The notes: generated from the letters alone by a model not told the origin. 64,000 bases of DNA from an uncultured Clostridia bacterium (GCA_965120485.1 CBCPNG010000022.1:1457-65456), one strand, 5' to 3'; positions 28,059 to 37,552 are shown, counted from the stretch's first letter. A program made the numbers and translations.

Positions 28059-29414
28059 TTAAAATGTTACGGTGAATGTAGAACCTACTCCCTCTGTGCT
28101 GGTTACGCCTATGTGCCAGCCCTCGCGCTGGCATATCTTTTTTACCATGGCGAGCCCCAGACCGAAGCCGCCGTTTTTGCCGCTGTGCGATTTATCTACA
28201 GTAAAAAAGCGGCTGAACACCTTGCCGAGGTTCTCTTCGGAAATGCCTATGCCCGTATCTGCGACCTCGAACTTTTCGGCGTTGAGCGTTACCGTGACTG
28301 AACCGCCCTCTTTATTGTAGCGTATGGCGTTGCGGATGAGGTTGCCCACCATCGCTGACATGCGCTCGTGCGAACTGCGCACGATAACGTTATCTGATAT
28401 GTTATCTATAAGCGTCACCTTGCGCTTTGCCGCCTCAGGACGGAGCACGGCAAGCATCTCTTGCGCGAGCTTCGAAAGGTCTACCTCGCACGAGGGAACG
28501 TCGTTGTTATCTATCTCGTTATAGTTGATTATGCACGCAATCAGATTTGTGAGGCGTTCGCTCTGCTTTAATATAGTTTTACAGGCGACTGCCTGCTGTT
28601 CCTCGTTCATCATGCCAGAGGCTAAAAGCTCGGCATACCCCTTTATTGAGGTGAGCGGAGTGTTCATTTCGTGCGTAATGTTTGATATAAATTCGTTTTT
28701 AGAATTCTGCGCCTTTTCAACAAGCTCCTTCTCTTCCTTTATCTCGTTCATCTTCCTCTCTATATCGGCGTTGCGCTCGTTTAAAATTTCGGCGAGAGGT
28801 TTGAGCTCGGAAAACTTTGTTTCGGCGCGCGCCGACAGCGCCGCCTGCCGCGTAAGGCTTTCCACTGGGCGCAGAATAAAGTGCGTGGCGACGTAAGTAA
28901 ACAGAACGCATGCAAGGAGGTCTATTACAAGGAATATTATCACAGTGGGCAGATAGTCGGAAAAAATTGCCCACTCGCTGGTAGTAGTCAGCGCTATGCG
29001 CACGTAGACCGTTTCGCCGTTTACCGTATATTTGCGGCAGTAATAGGCGTAGTCGGTGCCCACGGTGGCGCTGCTGCGCACAACGTAGCCCTCGCCGCTT
29101 TCAGCCGCCTGCTTTACCTCTGCCCTGTCGAGGTGGTTTTCAGAAAGTTCGCTTGCCTCGCTGTCGGCAAGCACTGTGCCGTCTGCGGCGATAAAGGTGA
29201 CGCGCGCGCCGTTTAAAGATTCAGAAAAACTATGGGCGGCTTCGTAATCGAGTTCGCCGTATTTATTCACGTCGAAGGAGTTCATGTAAACTTCGAGGTA
29301 GGAGTACGTGTCCTCTATCGACGAATTATAAAAGAGTTCGGTTGATATTATGGAATACCCGAAGATACCCAAAAAGGTGATGACGAGCAACACCACTAAA
29401 ATGCGCAGTTTCAT
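28059..29414 (-). CDS. phoR: sensor histidine kinase, PhoR-like
   Basis: N-terminal TM, HisKA box FISNITHEMNTPLTSIKGYAELL, and HATPase motifs (GGFGLGLAMVK). Adjacent to the OmpR-type regulator and pst genes. Confidence 0.82.
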   Translation of the reverse strand: MKLRILVVLLVITFLGIFGYSIISTELFYNSSIEDTYSYLEVYMNSFDVNKYGELDYEAAHSFSESLNGARVTFIAADGTVLADSEASELSENHLDRAEVKQAAESGEGYVVRSSATVGTDYAYYCRKYTVNGETVYVRIALTTTSEWAIFSDYLPTVIIFLVIDLLACVLFTYVATHFILRPVESLTRQAALSARAETKFSELKPLAEILNERNADIERKMNEIKEEKELVEKAQNSKNEFISNITHEMNTPLTSIKGYAELLASGMMNEEQQAVACKTILKQSERLTNLIACIINYNEIDNNDVPSCEVDLSKLAQEMLAVLRPEAAKRKVTLIDNISDNVIVRSSHERMSAMVGNLIRNAIRYNKEGGSVTVTLNAEKFEVADTGIGISEENLGKVFSRFFTVDKSHSGKNGGFGLGLAMVKKICQREGWHIGVTSTEGVGSTFTVTF

Positions 29415-29416
29415 AA

Positions 29417-30067
29417 TTATACCGCAAGTTTGTAGCCCACGCCGAACACCGTTTCTAAATTGGTTATACCGAGCTTGCGCAGGCGCGAAATGTGGTTATC
29501 GAGCGTGCGCGTTTCGCCCTGTTCGTACCCCCACACCTCTAACAGAAGAGTTTCGCGCGAGAGCACCTTTCCGGCGTGATACATAAAGTACTTTAAAAGT
29601 TCGTATTCCTTTTTGTTCAGGTCGAGAAGTTGACCTTTGAGGCTGACTTCCATGGTGTCGATATTGAGCGACAGGTCGCCTATGGTGAGAGTATCGGAAC
29701 GACTTTTGCGGCGGAGTGCGGCGTTTACGCGCGCGGCGAGCTCTAACACGTCAAACGGCTTTGCTATGTAGTCGTCTGCGCCGAGGTTGAGCCCGTTCAC
29801 CTTGTCGATAGGTTTTGAAAGTGCGGAGAGCATTATGCATGATACGACCGGATAGCGCGATTTTACCGCGCGGAGCACGTCTAACCCGTTGCCGTCGGGC
29901 AGCATTATGTCTAACAGGCATACATCGGGACGCGCCTCTTCCATTGCCGCGTTAAATGACTTTATGTTTGCAAAAGTTTCGCAGTCTATGCCGTTCATCT
30001 GCAAAGTCACCTTTATAAGTCCGCTTATGCTGGCGTCATCTTCAAGGACGTAAACATTGCCGTTCAT
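29417..30067 (-). CDS. phoP: OmpR-family response regulator, PhoP/PhoB-like
   Basis: Receiver domain (LLDIMLPDGNG) plus a winged-helix C-terminus (LDNHISRLRKL). Confidence 0.85.
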   Translation of the reverse strand: MNGNVYVLEDDASISGLIKVTLQMNGIDCETFANIKSFNAAMEEARPDVCLLDIMLPDGNGLDVLRAVKSRYPVVSCIMLSALSKPIDKVNGLNLGADDYIAKPFDVLELAARVNAALRRKSRSDTLTIGDLSLNIDTMEVSLKGQLLDLNKKEYELLKYFMYHAGKVLSRETLLLEVWGYEQGETRTLDNHISRLRKLGITNLETVFGVGYKLAV

Positions 30068-30087
30068 ATTCCCTCCGCACAGCCAGA

Positions 30088-31743
30088 TTATGCCGCCTCT
30101 TCAACGGAATGAGCCATAAGGCTTAAATGGTCGCCCACGCGCTCTAAATTACTTACAAGGCTGACGAACAGACTGTTGTTTTCGGCGTTACACTCTCCGC
30201 GTATCATGCGCTGAATGTGTTCGTCGAGCAGTCGCTTCTTGGTAGCGTCTATCTTCTGTTCGAGCACGTCTGACTGCCTTATTTTTACTATGTTGTTGTT
30301 TTCGACTATATCTACCACGAGTTCGAATTGCTCGTTCAAAAGCTTTATAAGGATAACGATTTCCTGCTTTACTTTTTCTGAAAAGATGAGCGTTTCCTCT
30401 ACCTCTTTTTGTGTGTAACCGATGATATTGCCAGCTATATCGGCAATTCTTACGAGGTCGATGTTATCTTTGTGCAGTGCATTTATAAATCTTTCGTCAG
30501 AGAGCGATACATCTTTTGCCGATATTTGTATGAGGTAGTTTGTAATCTCCTCTGAAATGCTGTTTACTTTTTGAATATCCTGCTGTACATTGCCAAGCTT
30601 GCCCTCGTCCATGTTTATAAAACATTCTATGGCGGTGTTGAGCGACTTCATGGCAATGCCTGCGGCGTATGTAGTCTGCTTTACAAGCTGACCTATGGCG
30701 AGCGACGGGGTGAGCAGCAGGCGCTTATCCATAAAGCCCTCGCTGCCCTTTTTCGCCTTTTTGCCCTCCGGTACGATGATTTGAAGCAATTTTACCAAGT
30801 ACTTTATAAAGGGTAAGAACAGCAGTGTGCAGATTAAGTTAAATGCAGTATGGAAGAATGTTATGCAGGTTGAATAGTTATTAAACCAACCCATCAACAC
30901 GCCATCGAAGAAGTCATCCCAAATGCACAGTATTATAAAGAATATTACCGCGCCAAACGTATTGAAGAGCAAGTGGAAAATACTTGCGCGTTTTGCGTTT
31001 GTATTTGTGCCTATGGACGAGAGCAGCGAGGTAATGCACGAACCGATATTGGTGCCGAGCAATACAAATAGAGTGCCGTTGCCGCCTCCGCCAACCAAGA
31101 GCGGAACATCTAATGTAGCCATGGTTACAAGCACAGAAGTAACTGCACTTGACGACTGCACAACGCCCGTGATTAAAGCACCCAGTAAAAGAAGCAGAAA
31201 GGGATTTGATATGGATGAGAGGGCGGTCTGAATGGCGTCACTTTCGGAAAGAATTTCCATTGACCCCGACATTATTTCCAGTCCCACGAACACAATACCG
31301 AGCGAGGCAACGAGCATGCCTGCCGTGTTCACCTTGTTGTTTTTGCTCACCATGGTGATAACTAAACCGATGAGCGCCAGCAACATGGCATAGAGCATTA
31401 TATTGAATTGATTGAGCCAAACAAGCCAGCCCGTTATGGTTGTGCCAATGTTTGCGCCCATGATAACCGCCGCCGCCTGCATGAGCGACATTACGCCTGC
31501 ATTTACAAAACCGACTACCATGACGGTGGTCACGGCGGACGACTGTACTATTGCCGTGGCAAGGGCGCCCACGCCCACGCCTGAAACTCTGTTGCTCACC
31601 GCTTTATCGAATAGCGCACGCATCTTTTTAGCCGAAAGCTTTTGTATGCTGTCGCCAAGCAACTTAAAGCCCAGCAAAAGTACGCCGATACCTACCAACA
31701 GCAAAACTACGCTACTGGGCACGTTTAAATTACCAAACTCCAT
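30088..31743 (-). CDS. Na/Pi cotransporter-family protein with a C-terminal PhoU-like domain
   Basis: Duplicated QSSSA(V)T(T/S)V motifs of the NptA family. The C-terminal helical region ends with LERVGDHLSLMA (PhoU-type). Start set at MEFGNL, which has AAGGAGA upstream. Confidence 0.88.
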   Translation of the reverse strand: MEFGNLNVPSSVVLLLVGIGVLLLGFKLLGDSIQKLSAKKMRALFDKAVSNRVSGVGVGALATAIVQSSAVTTVMVVGFVNAGVMSLMQAAAVIMGANIGTTITGWLVWLNQFNIMLYAMLLALIGLVITMVSKNNKVNTAGMLVASLGIVFVGLEIMSGSMEILSESDAIQTALSSISNPFLLLLLGALITGVVQSSSAVTSVLVTMATLDVPLLVGGGGNGTLFVLLGTNIGSCITSLLSSIGTNTNAKRASIFHLLFNTFGAVIFFIILCIWDDFFDGVLMGWFNNYSTCITFFHTAFNLICTLLFLPFIKYLVKLLQIIVPEGKKAKKGSEGFMDKRLLLTPSLAIGQLVKQTTYAAGIAMKSLNTAIECFINMDEGKLGNVQQDIQKVNSISEEITNYLIQISAKDVSLSDERFINALHKDNIDLVRIADIAGNIIGYTQKEVEETLIFSEKVKQEIVILIKLLNEQFELVVDIVENNNIVKIRQSDVLEQKIDATKKRLLDEHIQRMIRGECNAENNSLFVSLVSNLERVGDHLSLMAHSVEEAA

Positions 31744-31780
31744 TTTTTCTCCTTTGATGCACAGTAATTTTAACAAATTG

Positions 31781-31820
31781 CTGTAATATACCCTTCATAG
31801 ACTTGTAAAAAAAATGTAAA
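31781..31820 (-). promoter_or_regulatory. Pho-box-like phased hexamers overlapping the -35 region of the nptA-phoPR promoter
   Basis: The gene strand reads TTTACA-N5-TTTACAAG..N..TTACAG in 11/22-bp phasing, with TAAAAT as a -10 candidate downstream and no -35 hexamer. Confidence 0.5.
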
Positions 31821-31955
31821 AACTCATGAAGGCTTACCGTGCAAAGGTAATATCTTTTCAGCGCCGATACAAAAGCGCAGTTAAAAAATTAGTAAGTATC
31901 TTGGCGTAAGCTATTTTCAAGGCAGTTTTGCCGCCATTGTGGGGCTTAATGCAGT

Positions 31956-32972
31956 TTATTTATTATAGCCCTTGGGGTTATTGCTTTGCCAGTTCCATGA
32001 AGAAGCGCACATTTCGTCTATGCCGTACTGCGCCTTCCAGCCGAGTTCGCGCTCTGCCTTAGAGGCGTCTGCATAGCAGGCGGCAATATCGCCCGCGCGG
32101 CGCGGCTTTATAACATAGGGCAGTTTGTGACCGCAAGCCTTTTCGTAGGCGCGGACTACGTCTAACACGCTGTAACCTGTGCCCGTACCAAGGTTGTAGG
32201 TGTACACGCCGCTTTTGGTTATCTTGTTTATGGCGGCAACGTGGCCTTTGGCGAGGTCTACTACGTGGATATAGTCGCGCACGCCCGTGCCGTCGGGCGT
32301 GGGGTAGTCGTTGCCGAATACCCCCACCTCTTTAAGCTCGCCAATGGCGACTTTTGCAATGTAGGGCGTCAGGTTGTTGGGTATGCCGCGCGGGTCTTCG
32401 CCTATGAGTCCGCTGGGGTGCGCACCCACGGGGTTGAAGTAGCGCAACAATGCCACAGTCCACTCTCCGTCTGCCCTGTATACGTCGGTGAGCATTATCT
32501 CCTGAAAGTATTTGCTGGTGCCGTAGGGGTTGGTGGTGCCGCCCGTCTTGCACTCTTCGGTGAGCGGCAGTACTTCGGGGTCGCCGTATACCGTGGCAGA
32601 GCTGGAAAAGACTATCTTTTTGCAACCGTGCGCGCGCATGGCTGACAGCAGTACGAGCGTGCCGTATAAGTTGTTGTCGTAATATTCTATGGGCTTTTCA
32701 CAGCTTTCGCCCACGGCTTTGAGCCCTGCGAAGTGTATTACCCAGTCTATTTTGTTCTCTTTGAATACCTTATCGAGTGCGGCGCGGTCGCGCACGTCCG
32801 CCTTGTAGAATTTTACCGATTTGCCAGTTATCTTTTGTATGCGAGCAAGGCTCTCTTCGCTGGAATTGGAGAGATTGTCCAACACCACTACTTCATAGCC
32901 GCACTCTAACAGTTCTGCGCAGGTGTGACTGCCTATGTAACCTGCACCGCCCGTGACCAGGATTTTGCCCAT
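31956..32972 (-). CDS. galE: UDP-glucose 4-epimerase
   Basis: [19 protein letters not shown] and typical GalE length. Confidence 0.93.
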   Translation of the reverse strand: MGKILVTGGAGYIGSHTCAELLECGYEVVVLDNLSNSSEESLARIQKITGKSVKFYKADVRDRAALDKVFKENKIDWVIHFAGLKAVGESCEKPIEYYDNNLYGTLVLLSAMRAHGCKKIVFSSSATVYGDPEVLPLTEECKTGGTTNPYGTSKYFQEIMLTDVYRADGEWTVALLRYFNPVGAHPSGLIGEDPRGIPNNLTPYIAKVAIGELKEVGVFGNDYPTPDGTGVRDYIHVVDLAKGHVAAINKITKSGVYTYNLGTGTGYSVLDVVRAYEKACGHKLPYVIKPRRAGDIAACYADASKAERELGWKAQYGIDEMCASSWNWQSNNPKGYNK

Positions 32973-33009
32973 AAAATTCTCCGTAATAAAAATTATTTAT
33001 ACAATAAAG

Positions 33010-33038
33010 ATTATAGATTAAAATGCGCGATATGTCAA
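33010..33038 (-). promoter_or_regulatory. consensus sigma-A promoter of galE (TTGACA-17-TATAAT)
   Basis: On the minus strand, rc of 33033-33038 is TTGACA, followed by a 17-nt spacer and rc of 33010-33015, which is TATAAT. Confidence 0.7.
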
Positions 33039-33157
33039 TAAATTGTATTCGGGCATGGGAGGTTAAGCGGACGGCATTTTGCCGCGGCGCGATTTGTGCG
33101 GATATATGCCGCAATTAAGCCGTAATTTCGGAATCTTTTGCAGAGCGAGGAAAAAAT

Positions 33158-33184
33158 AGTTACGCGCATAGTGTGCGCGTAACT
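33158..33184 (-). terminator. intrinsic terminator after glmS
   Basis: 11-bp stem AGTTACGCGCA / TGCGCGTAACT, followed on the minus strand by ATTTTTTCC. Confidence 0.75.
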
Positions 33185-33248
33185 ATGGATATTTTAAAAT
33201 ATGGGCGTAAAATTTTTGGCGCGGCGGACGAGGCGGACGGCGCGCGCT

Positions 33249-35033
33249 CTATTCCACCGTTACGCTTTTGGCGAGGTTGCGCGGCTTATCTGGGTCGCGC
33301 CCCAAATATACAGCCGTGTGGTAGGCGAGCAGTTGCAGGGGTATGACCGAGACGGCTGGCGAAAGGGGCGGCGGACAGTCGGGAAGCTGTATTATAAACT
33401 CGGCGCGCTCTTTTACTTCGGTTATATCACAGCTTTGCGCACAAACTGCCGCCACCCTGCCCCCTCGCGAGCAGATTTGTTCTATCGCAGACACCGTTTT
33501 TGCGGCGACCGAACTATCTGTTATGACGGCTACGGCGACTGCCGAGCTGTCTATCAGCGCGATGGTGCCGTGCTTCAATTCGCCAGACGGATAGCCCTCG
33601 CCCGGGACATAGGAAACTTCCTTTAATTTAAGACTACCTTCGAGCGCGACGGGATAGTCTGCGCCGCGGCCTATAAAATATACGCCCGAAGCGACCGCAC
33701 ATTGACGTGCAAGCCCCTCTGCACGCGTGGTTTTGATTACCTCTTCGCACAGAGCGGCGGCAGACAGCACATCTTGCGCCGCCTGTTTACAGTCCTGACC
33801 TGAAAGCGCAGAGGCGATAAGATACAGCGCGGCTATCTGCGCACAGTAGCTCTTTGTTGCCGCCACGCAGATTTCTGTGCCGGCACACACGGGCACGGCG
33901 AGCTGCGCTATGCCGTTGAGCGCCGAATATGGCACGTTTGATACGGCTATCACCCTTGCGCCCGAAGCATTTGCCGCGCGCGCCGCCTCTACCGTGTCTG
34001 CTGTTTCGCCGCTCTGGCTTACGGCAATGAAAAGGGCGTCTTTGCCTATCGAGCTCTTTCTGTACCTGAACTCACCAGAGGTTTCGGCGCGGACGGGGAT
34101 GCCGAGCAGCTCCTCCATGTGCCGCGCCGCAGAGAGCGTGGCGTGGTATGCCGTGCCACAGCCGCAAAGCATTATCTGCCCCACGGGCGAAAGGGCGTAC
34201 AGAGCGCGCAGTTTTTTGGCACAGTCCCCTGAAAGGAATGCCGAGGCGGTATCGCGCATGGCGCGTGGGATTTCGGCGATTTCCTTTGCCATATAGTGCG
34301 CATATCCGCCCAGTCCGCCGCTATCGCGCGTTGCAGGAACGGGGCTGAACGAAATATCTGTTTTGCCGCCTTCAAAGTCGCAGAAAGCAGTCCCCTCTGC
34401 CGAGCAGAAGGCAATTTGCCCGTCTGAAAGCACGCCGCAGTCCTCTGCCAGCGGACAGAGAGCAGGCATATCGCTCGCCGCATACAGCGCGCCGCCCCTG
34501 CCCCTGCCCACGATTATTGGGTTGCGGTATTTTACGGCGACAAAGCCGTCGTATTCCGCGCACAGAATGGCGAGGGCAAACGCCCCTTTAAGGCGGTGAA
34601 CGGCACATAGTACGGTCTGTTTTAAATCTCCGCACCAATATTTGTTTAAGAGGTGCACCACTACCTCACTGTCGGTATCGGAGCGGAAGGCATAACCTTC
34701 GGCAACCAATTCCGCCCTGAGCGCGGCGCAATTTTCTATTATGCCGTTATGTACCACCGAAAACCTGCCCGAAGCGTGCGGATGGGCGTTTGAATCGGAC
34801 GGTCTGCCGTGGGTTGCCCAGCGCGTATGACCTATGCCCGTGCCGCCTTCAACGCCGCATATGTGCGGCTTTAACGCGCTTACCCTGCCACTCCGCTTTA
34901 CGGTTTTTATCTCTCCGCGGCAGAGCACCGAAACGCCAGCAGAATCGTATCCGCGGTATTCGAGGGCTTCCAGCCCGCTGTACAGCACCTCTGCGGCGTT
35001 TTTTACGCCGAAACAGGCAATTATTCCGCACAT
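33249..35033 (-). CDS. glmS: glutamine--fructose-6-phosphate aminotransferase
   Basis: MCGIIA N-terminal nucleophile, two SIS domains and a C-terminal KSVTVE. Confidence 0.95.
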   Translation of the reverse strand: MCGIIACFGVKNAAEVLYSGLEALEYRGYDSAGVSVLCRGEIKTVKRSGRVSALKPHICGVEGGTGIGHTRWATHGRPSDSNAHPHASGRFSVVHNGIIENCAALRAELVAEGYAFRSDTDSEVVVHLLNKYWCGDLKQTVLCAVHRLKGAFALAILCAEYDGFVAVKYRNPIIVGRGRGGALYAASDMPALCPLAEDCGVLSDGQIAFCSAEGTAFCDFEGGKTDISFSPVPATRDSGGLGGYAHYMAKEIAEIPRAMRDTASAFLSGDCAKKLRALYALSPVGQIMLCGCGTAYHATLSAARHMEELLGIPVRAETSGEFRYRKSSIGKDALFIAVSQSGETADTVEAARAANASGARVIAVSNVPYSALNGIAQLAVPVCAGTEICVAATKSYCAQIAALYLIASALSGQDCKQAAQDVLSAAALCEEVIKTTRAEGLARQCAVASGVYFIGRGADYPVALEGSLKLKEVSYVPGEGYPSGELKHGTIALIDSSAVAVAVITDSSVAAKTVSAIEQICSRGGRVAAVCAQSCDITEVKERAEFIIQLPDCPPPLSPAVSVIPLQLLAYHTAVYLGRDPDKPRNLAKSVTVE

Positions 35034-35039
35034 ACACCC

Positions 35040-36374
35040 TCACATATCCCTTAAATAACGCGCAATCTCTGCACAACAGCGTGCGCAGGAGAGTTCGCTT
35101 TCCCCCTCTGCCATTACCCTTATGGCGGACTCTGTGCCCGATGCGCGCACGATTATGCGCGCACAGCCGAGCGACGAAGCCGTCTTTTGTGCAAAATCTT
35201 CCAGCGCGCCGCCACCGAGAGCCGCCGCTTTGTCGCGCACGGGCACGGAGAGCTCCCTCTGCGGCAGTGGAGTGTAGCCGCGCAACAGGCGCGAGAGAGG
35301 CACCCCCTTCTCCTTAGCCGCCTCTAAAATCTTTATGGCAGTGACCAGCCCGTCGCCCGATGCGCCGTACTTGGCGATTATAATGTGACCCGACTTTTCG
35401 CCGCCAAGGGGCGAGCAGAGTTCACACATCTTCGCGTAGACGTGCCTGTCGCCCACCTGCGAAAGTGTGCACTGCACTCCCCCTGCCGCAAGCGCAGATA
35501 TGAGCGCCGTATTCGACATTACGGTAGCTACTATGCCGCGGTTATTTAGCTCGCCCATTGAATTTAAGCGGTTGGCGAGTATATATAATTCGCCGTCGCC
35601 GTCCACAATTTCGCCGCACTCGTCTACCGCAATGCACCTGTCGGCGTCGCCGTCAAAGGCAAAGCCTGCATCCAGTCCCAGCGTGCGCACGGCTTCTGCC
35701 AGCCTCTGCGGACGGATAGAGCCGCTTTCGTTTATATTCAAGCCGTCAGGTTCACTGCCTATGGCGTACGTCTTTGCGCCGAGCGCGTCGAATACCGCCT
35801 TGGCAATCTGCCACGCACTACCGTTGGCGGCGTCAAGCCCCACGCGAAGTCCCTTAAAAGAGCACACAGAGAGCGATATAAGGTGACCTATGTACCTGTT
35901 TCTGCCGCTTACATAGTCGAACGAGCGACCTATATCTCCGCCGCAGGCGAGGGGAAGCTCTTCGGCAACTCCGTCGAGGTAGTCTTCGAGCAGGGTTATC
36001 ACCGAATCATCGAGCTTTTCGCCGCCGCTGCCCATTAGCTTTATGCCGTTATCGGAGAATGGGTTGTGGCTTGCCGATATCATAATTCCGCAGTCGAAGC
36101 CATCTGTACGCGTGATATACGATACGGAAGCCGTGGTGGTGACGTGCAGAATGTATGCGTCTGCCCCCGACGACGTAAGCCCTGCGACGAGGGAGGATTC
36201 GAGCATGTAGGAAGAGCGGCGGGTGTCTTTGCCGATTACGGCGCGGCACCGCCTGTGCGGCGAAGAAAAGTAACTGCCTATGAACCTGCCTATGCGGAAG
36301 GCGTGGTCTGCCGTGAGTTCCTCCCCAGCCCTGCCGCGGAAACCGTCAGTCCCGAAGTATCTTCCCGTACTCAT
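35040..36374 (-). CDS. glmM: phosphoglucosamine mutase
   Basis: YFGTDGFRG N-terminus, SASHNP active-site serine loop and GDGDADR. A GGAGGGGAGG SD lies upstream. Confidence 0.95.
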   Translation of the reverse strand: MSTGRYFGTDGFRGRAGEELTADHAFRIGRFIGSYFSSPHRRCRAVIGKDTRRSSYMLESSLVAGLTSSGADAYILHVTTTASVSYITRTDGFDCGIMISASHNPFSDNGIKLMGSGGEKLDDSVITLLEDYLDGVAEELPLACGGDIGRSFDYVSGRNRYIGHLISLSVCSFKGLRVGLDAANGSAWQIAKAVFDALGAKTYAIGSEPDGLNINESGSIRPQRLAEAVRTLGLDAGFAFDGDADRCIAVDECGEIVDGDGELYILANRLNSMGELNNRGIVATVMSNTALISALAAGGVQCTLSQVGDRHVYAKMCELCSPLGGEKSGHIIIAKYGASGDGLVTAIKILEAAKEKGVPLSRLLRGYTPLPQRELSVPVRDKAAALGGGALEDFAQKTASSLGCARIIVRASGTESAIRVMAEGESELSCARCCAEIARYLRDM

Positions 36375-37041
36375 ACCTCCCCTCCGCCCCGTGCGGATGT
36401 ACCTTTTCGCGCTGTCTGCCTATGCAGAAGTCGCCCCCTTCGAGGTCACGCGTGACGGTGGTGCCTGCCGCCACATATGCGCCTGCGCCTATGTTTACGG
36501 GCGCAACTATGTTGCAATTACCGCCTATAAAACAGCCGTCGCCTACCTTAGAGCCAACCTTTTTGTTGCCGTCGTAGTTGCAGAATACCGTGCCGCAACC
36601 GATATTTACCCGTCTGCCTATGTCGGCGTCGCCTATGTATGCGTGGTGCGCCGCCTTGGTTTGTGCCCCTATAATAGAATTTTTTACTTCGACAAAGTCG
36701 CCTATTCTGCAATCCTCGCCGACATCTGCGCCCTGCCTTAAATACGCATAAGGCCCCACAGTGCTGTGCCTGCCTATACAAGAACTGTTTACCGTGCTTG
36801 CGCGCACTTCGGCATATTCACCTATAAAGCTGTCTTCTACATAGCTGAAAGGAAGTATGCGCGCGCCTGCGCTTACAGTGCTTACGCCGAGGATATATGC
36901 AGGACCTGATATGTATGCGCCGCGCTCTAACCTGACCGTGCGCTCTACAAGCACCCCAGAGCCGCTTACATGTACGCCGTGCAGCCGCAGGGATAATTTG
37001 CCGTAAAAACGCCTGCGCCGTTTGATAAATTCTTCGCCCAT
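36346..37041 (-). CDS. GlmU C-terminal-domain-only protein (left-handed beta-helix acetyltransferase), lacks the uridyltransferase domain
   Basis: Aligns by eye to the GlmU linker plus LbH region (FVEVKNS.IG..TKA.H..YIGDA.IG..VN.GCGT...NYDG.K, VAPV..G.GAY.AAGT). Nothing corresponds to the N-terminal pyrophosphorylase domain. The start is uncertain: M37 of the track ORF was chosen, and it has no SD. Confidence 0.7.
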   Translation of the reverse strand: MGEEFIKRRRRFYGKLSLRLHGVHVSGSGVLVERTVRLERGAYISGPAYILGVSTVSAGARILPFSYVEDSFIGEYAEVRASTVNSSCIGRHSTVGPYAYLRQGADVGEDCRIGDFVEVKNSIIGAQTKAAHHAYIGDADIGRRVNIGCGTVFCNYDGNKKVGSKVGDGCFIGGNCNIVAPVNIGAGAYVAAGTTVTRDLEGGDFCIGRQREKVHPHGAEGRYEYGKILRD

Positions 37042-37057
37042 ATACAGTAAAGCATAT

Positions 37058-37111
37058 GCCGCGCGCGCCGAAAAAGTGCGCCGCGCGCCCGTTTTCCCAC
37101 GGGCGCGCGGC
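37058..37111 (-). promoter_or_regulatory. GC-rich terminator-like hairpin plus a third competing GC segment in the leader of the glm operon
   Basis: 12-bp perfect stem GCCGCGCGCCCG / CGGGCGCGCGGC (37080-37111), followed on the minus strand by GCACTTTTTC. A third segment, GCCGCGCGCGCCG (37058-37070 as written on the plus strand), reads CGGCGCGCGCGGC on the minus-strand transcript and could pair with the upstream arm GCCGCGCGCCCG. Confidence 0.45.
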
Positions 37112-37192
37112 ATAAGATACATGGGCAGAACTTTCCCGTCCCGCCGCAATCACTTCTGCGGAGTAACATATTTTCCGCCGTATAAGTGCGCC

Positions 37193-37223
37193 GCGCCGCA
37201 CTTAACTATATTAAGCGCGGCGC
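37193..37223 (-). terminator. 13-bp hairpin downstream of small ORF 37251-37436
   Basis: GCGCCGCGCTTAA / TTAAGTGCGGCGC on the minus strand (one G-U pair). No clear U-tract. Confidence 0.4.
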
Positions 37224-37250
37224 GTACCGATTATTACTGTTTTATAAAAT

Positions 37251-37436
37251 TTAAATTTCTGAATCGCCGTCGGCTTGAATTCCGCCGCCGTACATGCGCT
37301 TTAATCGCTCTATATCCTCGTCAGAGACGGGTAAGTGTTGCACAAAACCTGTGTATTCGTTGGCGCTTATAAGGTCGGCATGCAACGCGTCGCCTGCGTG
37401 CGCGCCTGCAACGCCCTTCTTCCTCTTTCTGCTCAT
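37251..37436 (-). CDS. small hypothetical protein (61 aa), coding status doubtful
   Basis: ORF MSRKRKKGVAGAHAGD..VSDEDIERLKRMYGGG.. with no recognisable SD and no recognised family. Confidence 0.3.
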   Translation of the reverse strand: MSRKRKKGVAGAHAGDALHADLISANEYTGFVQHLPVSDEDIERLKRMYGGGIQADGDSEI

Positions 37437-37552
37437 ATAAATAATATGTGCACGCGGCAACCTTTATATTAGCGGCAGAAAATGGCACTGTGCGGCAAAG
37501 TTCATTATTTATTGGCTATATATAATTACAGCTGTTTAGGTTAAACAAATGT

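Noticed and set aside
33201-36741. Antisense or alternate-frame ORFs across glmS, glmM and the LbH gene (for example 33201-33626, 34790-35317, 36066-36455, 36280-36741).
   Set aside because: Shadow ORFs inside strongly supported genes, with Arg/Pro/Ala-rich composition.
35030-37260. Looked for a glmS ribozyme upstream of glmS or of the glm operon.
   Set aside because: Only 6 nt separate glmM and glmS. In the operon leader I could not see the conserved ribozyme core. A covariance-model search would be needed to be certain.
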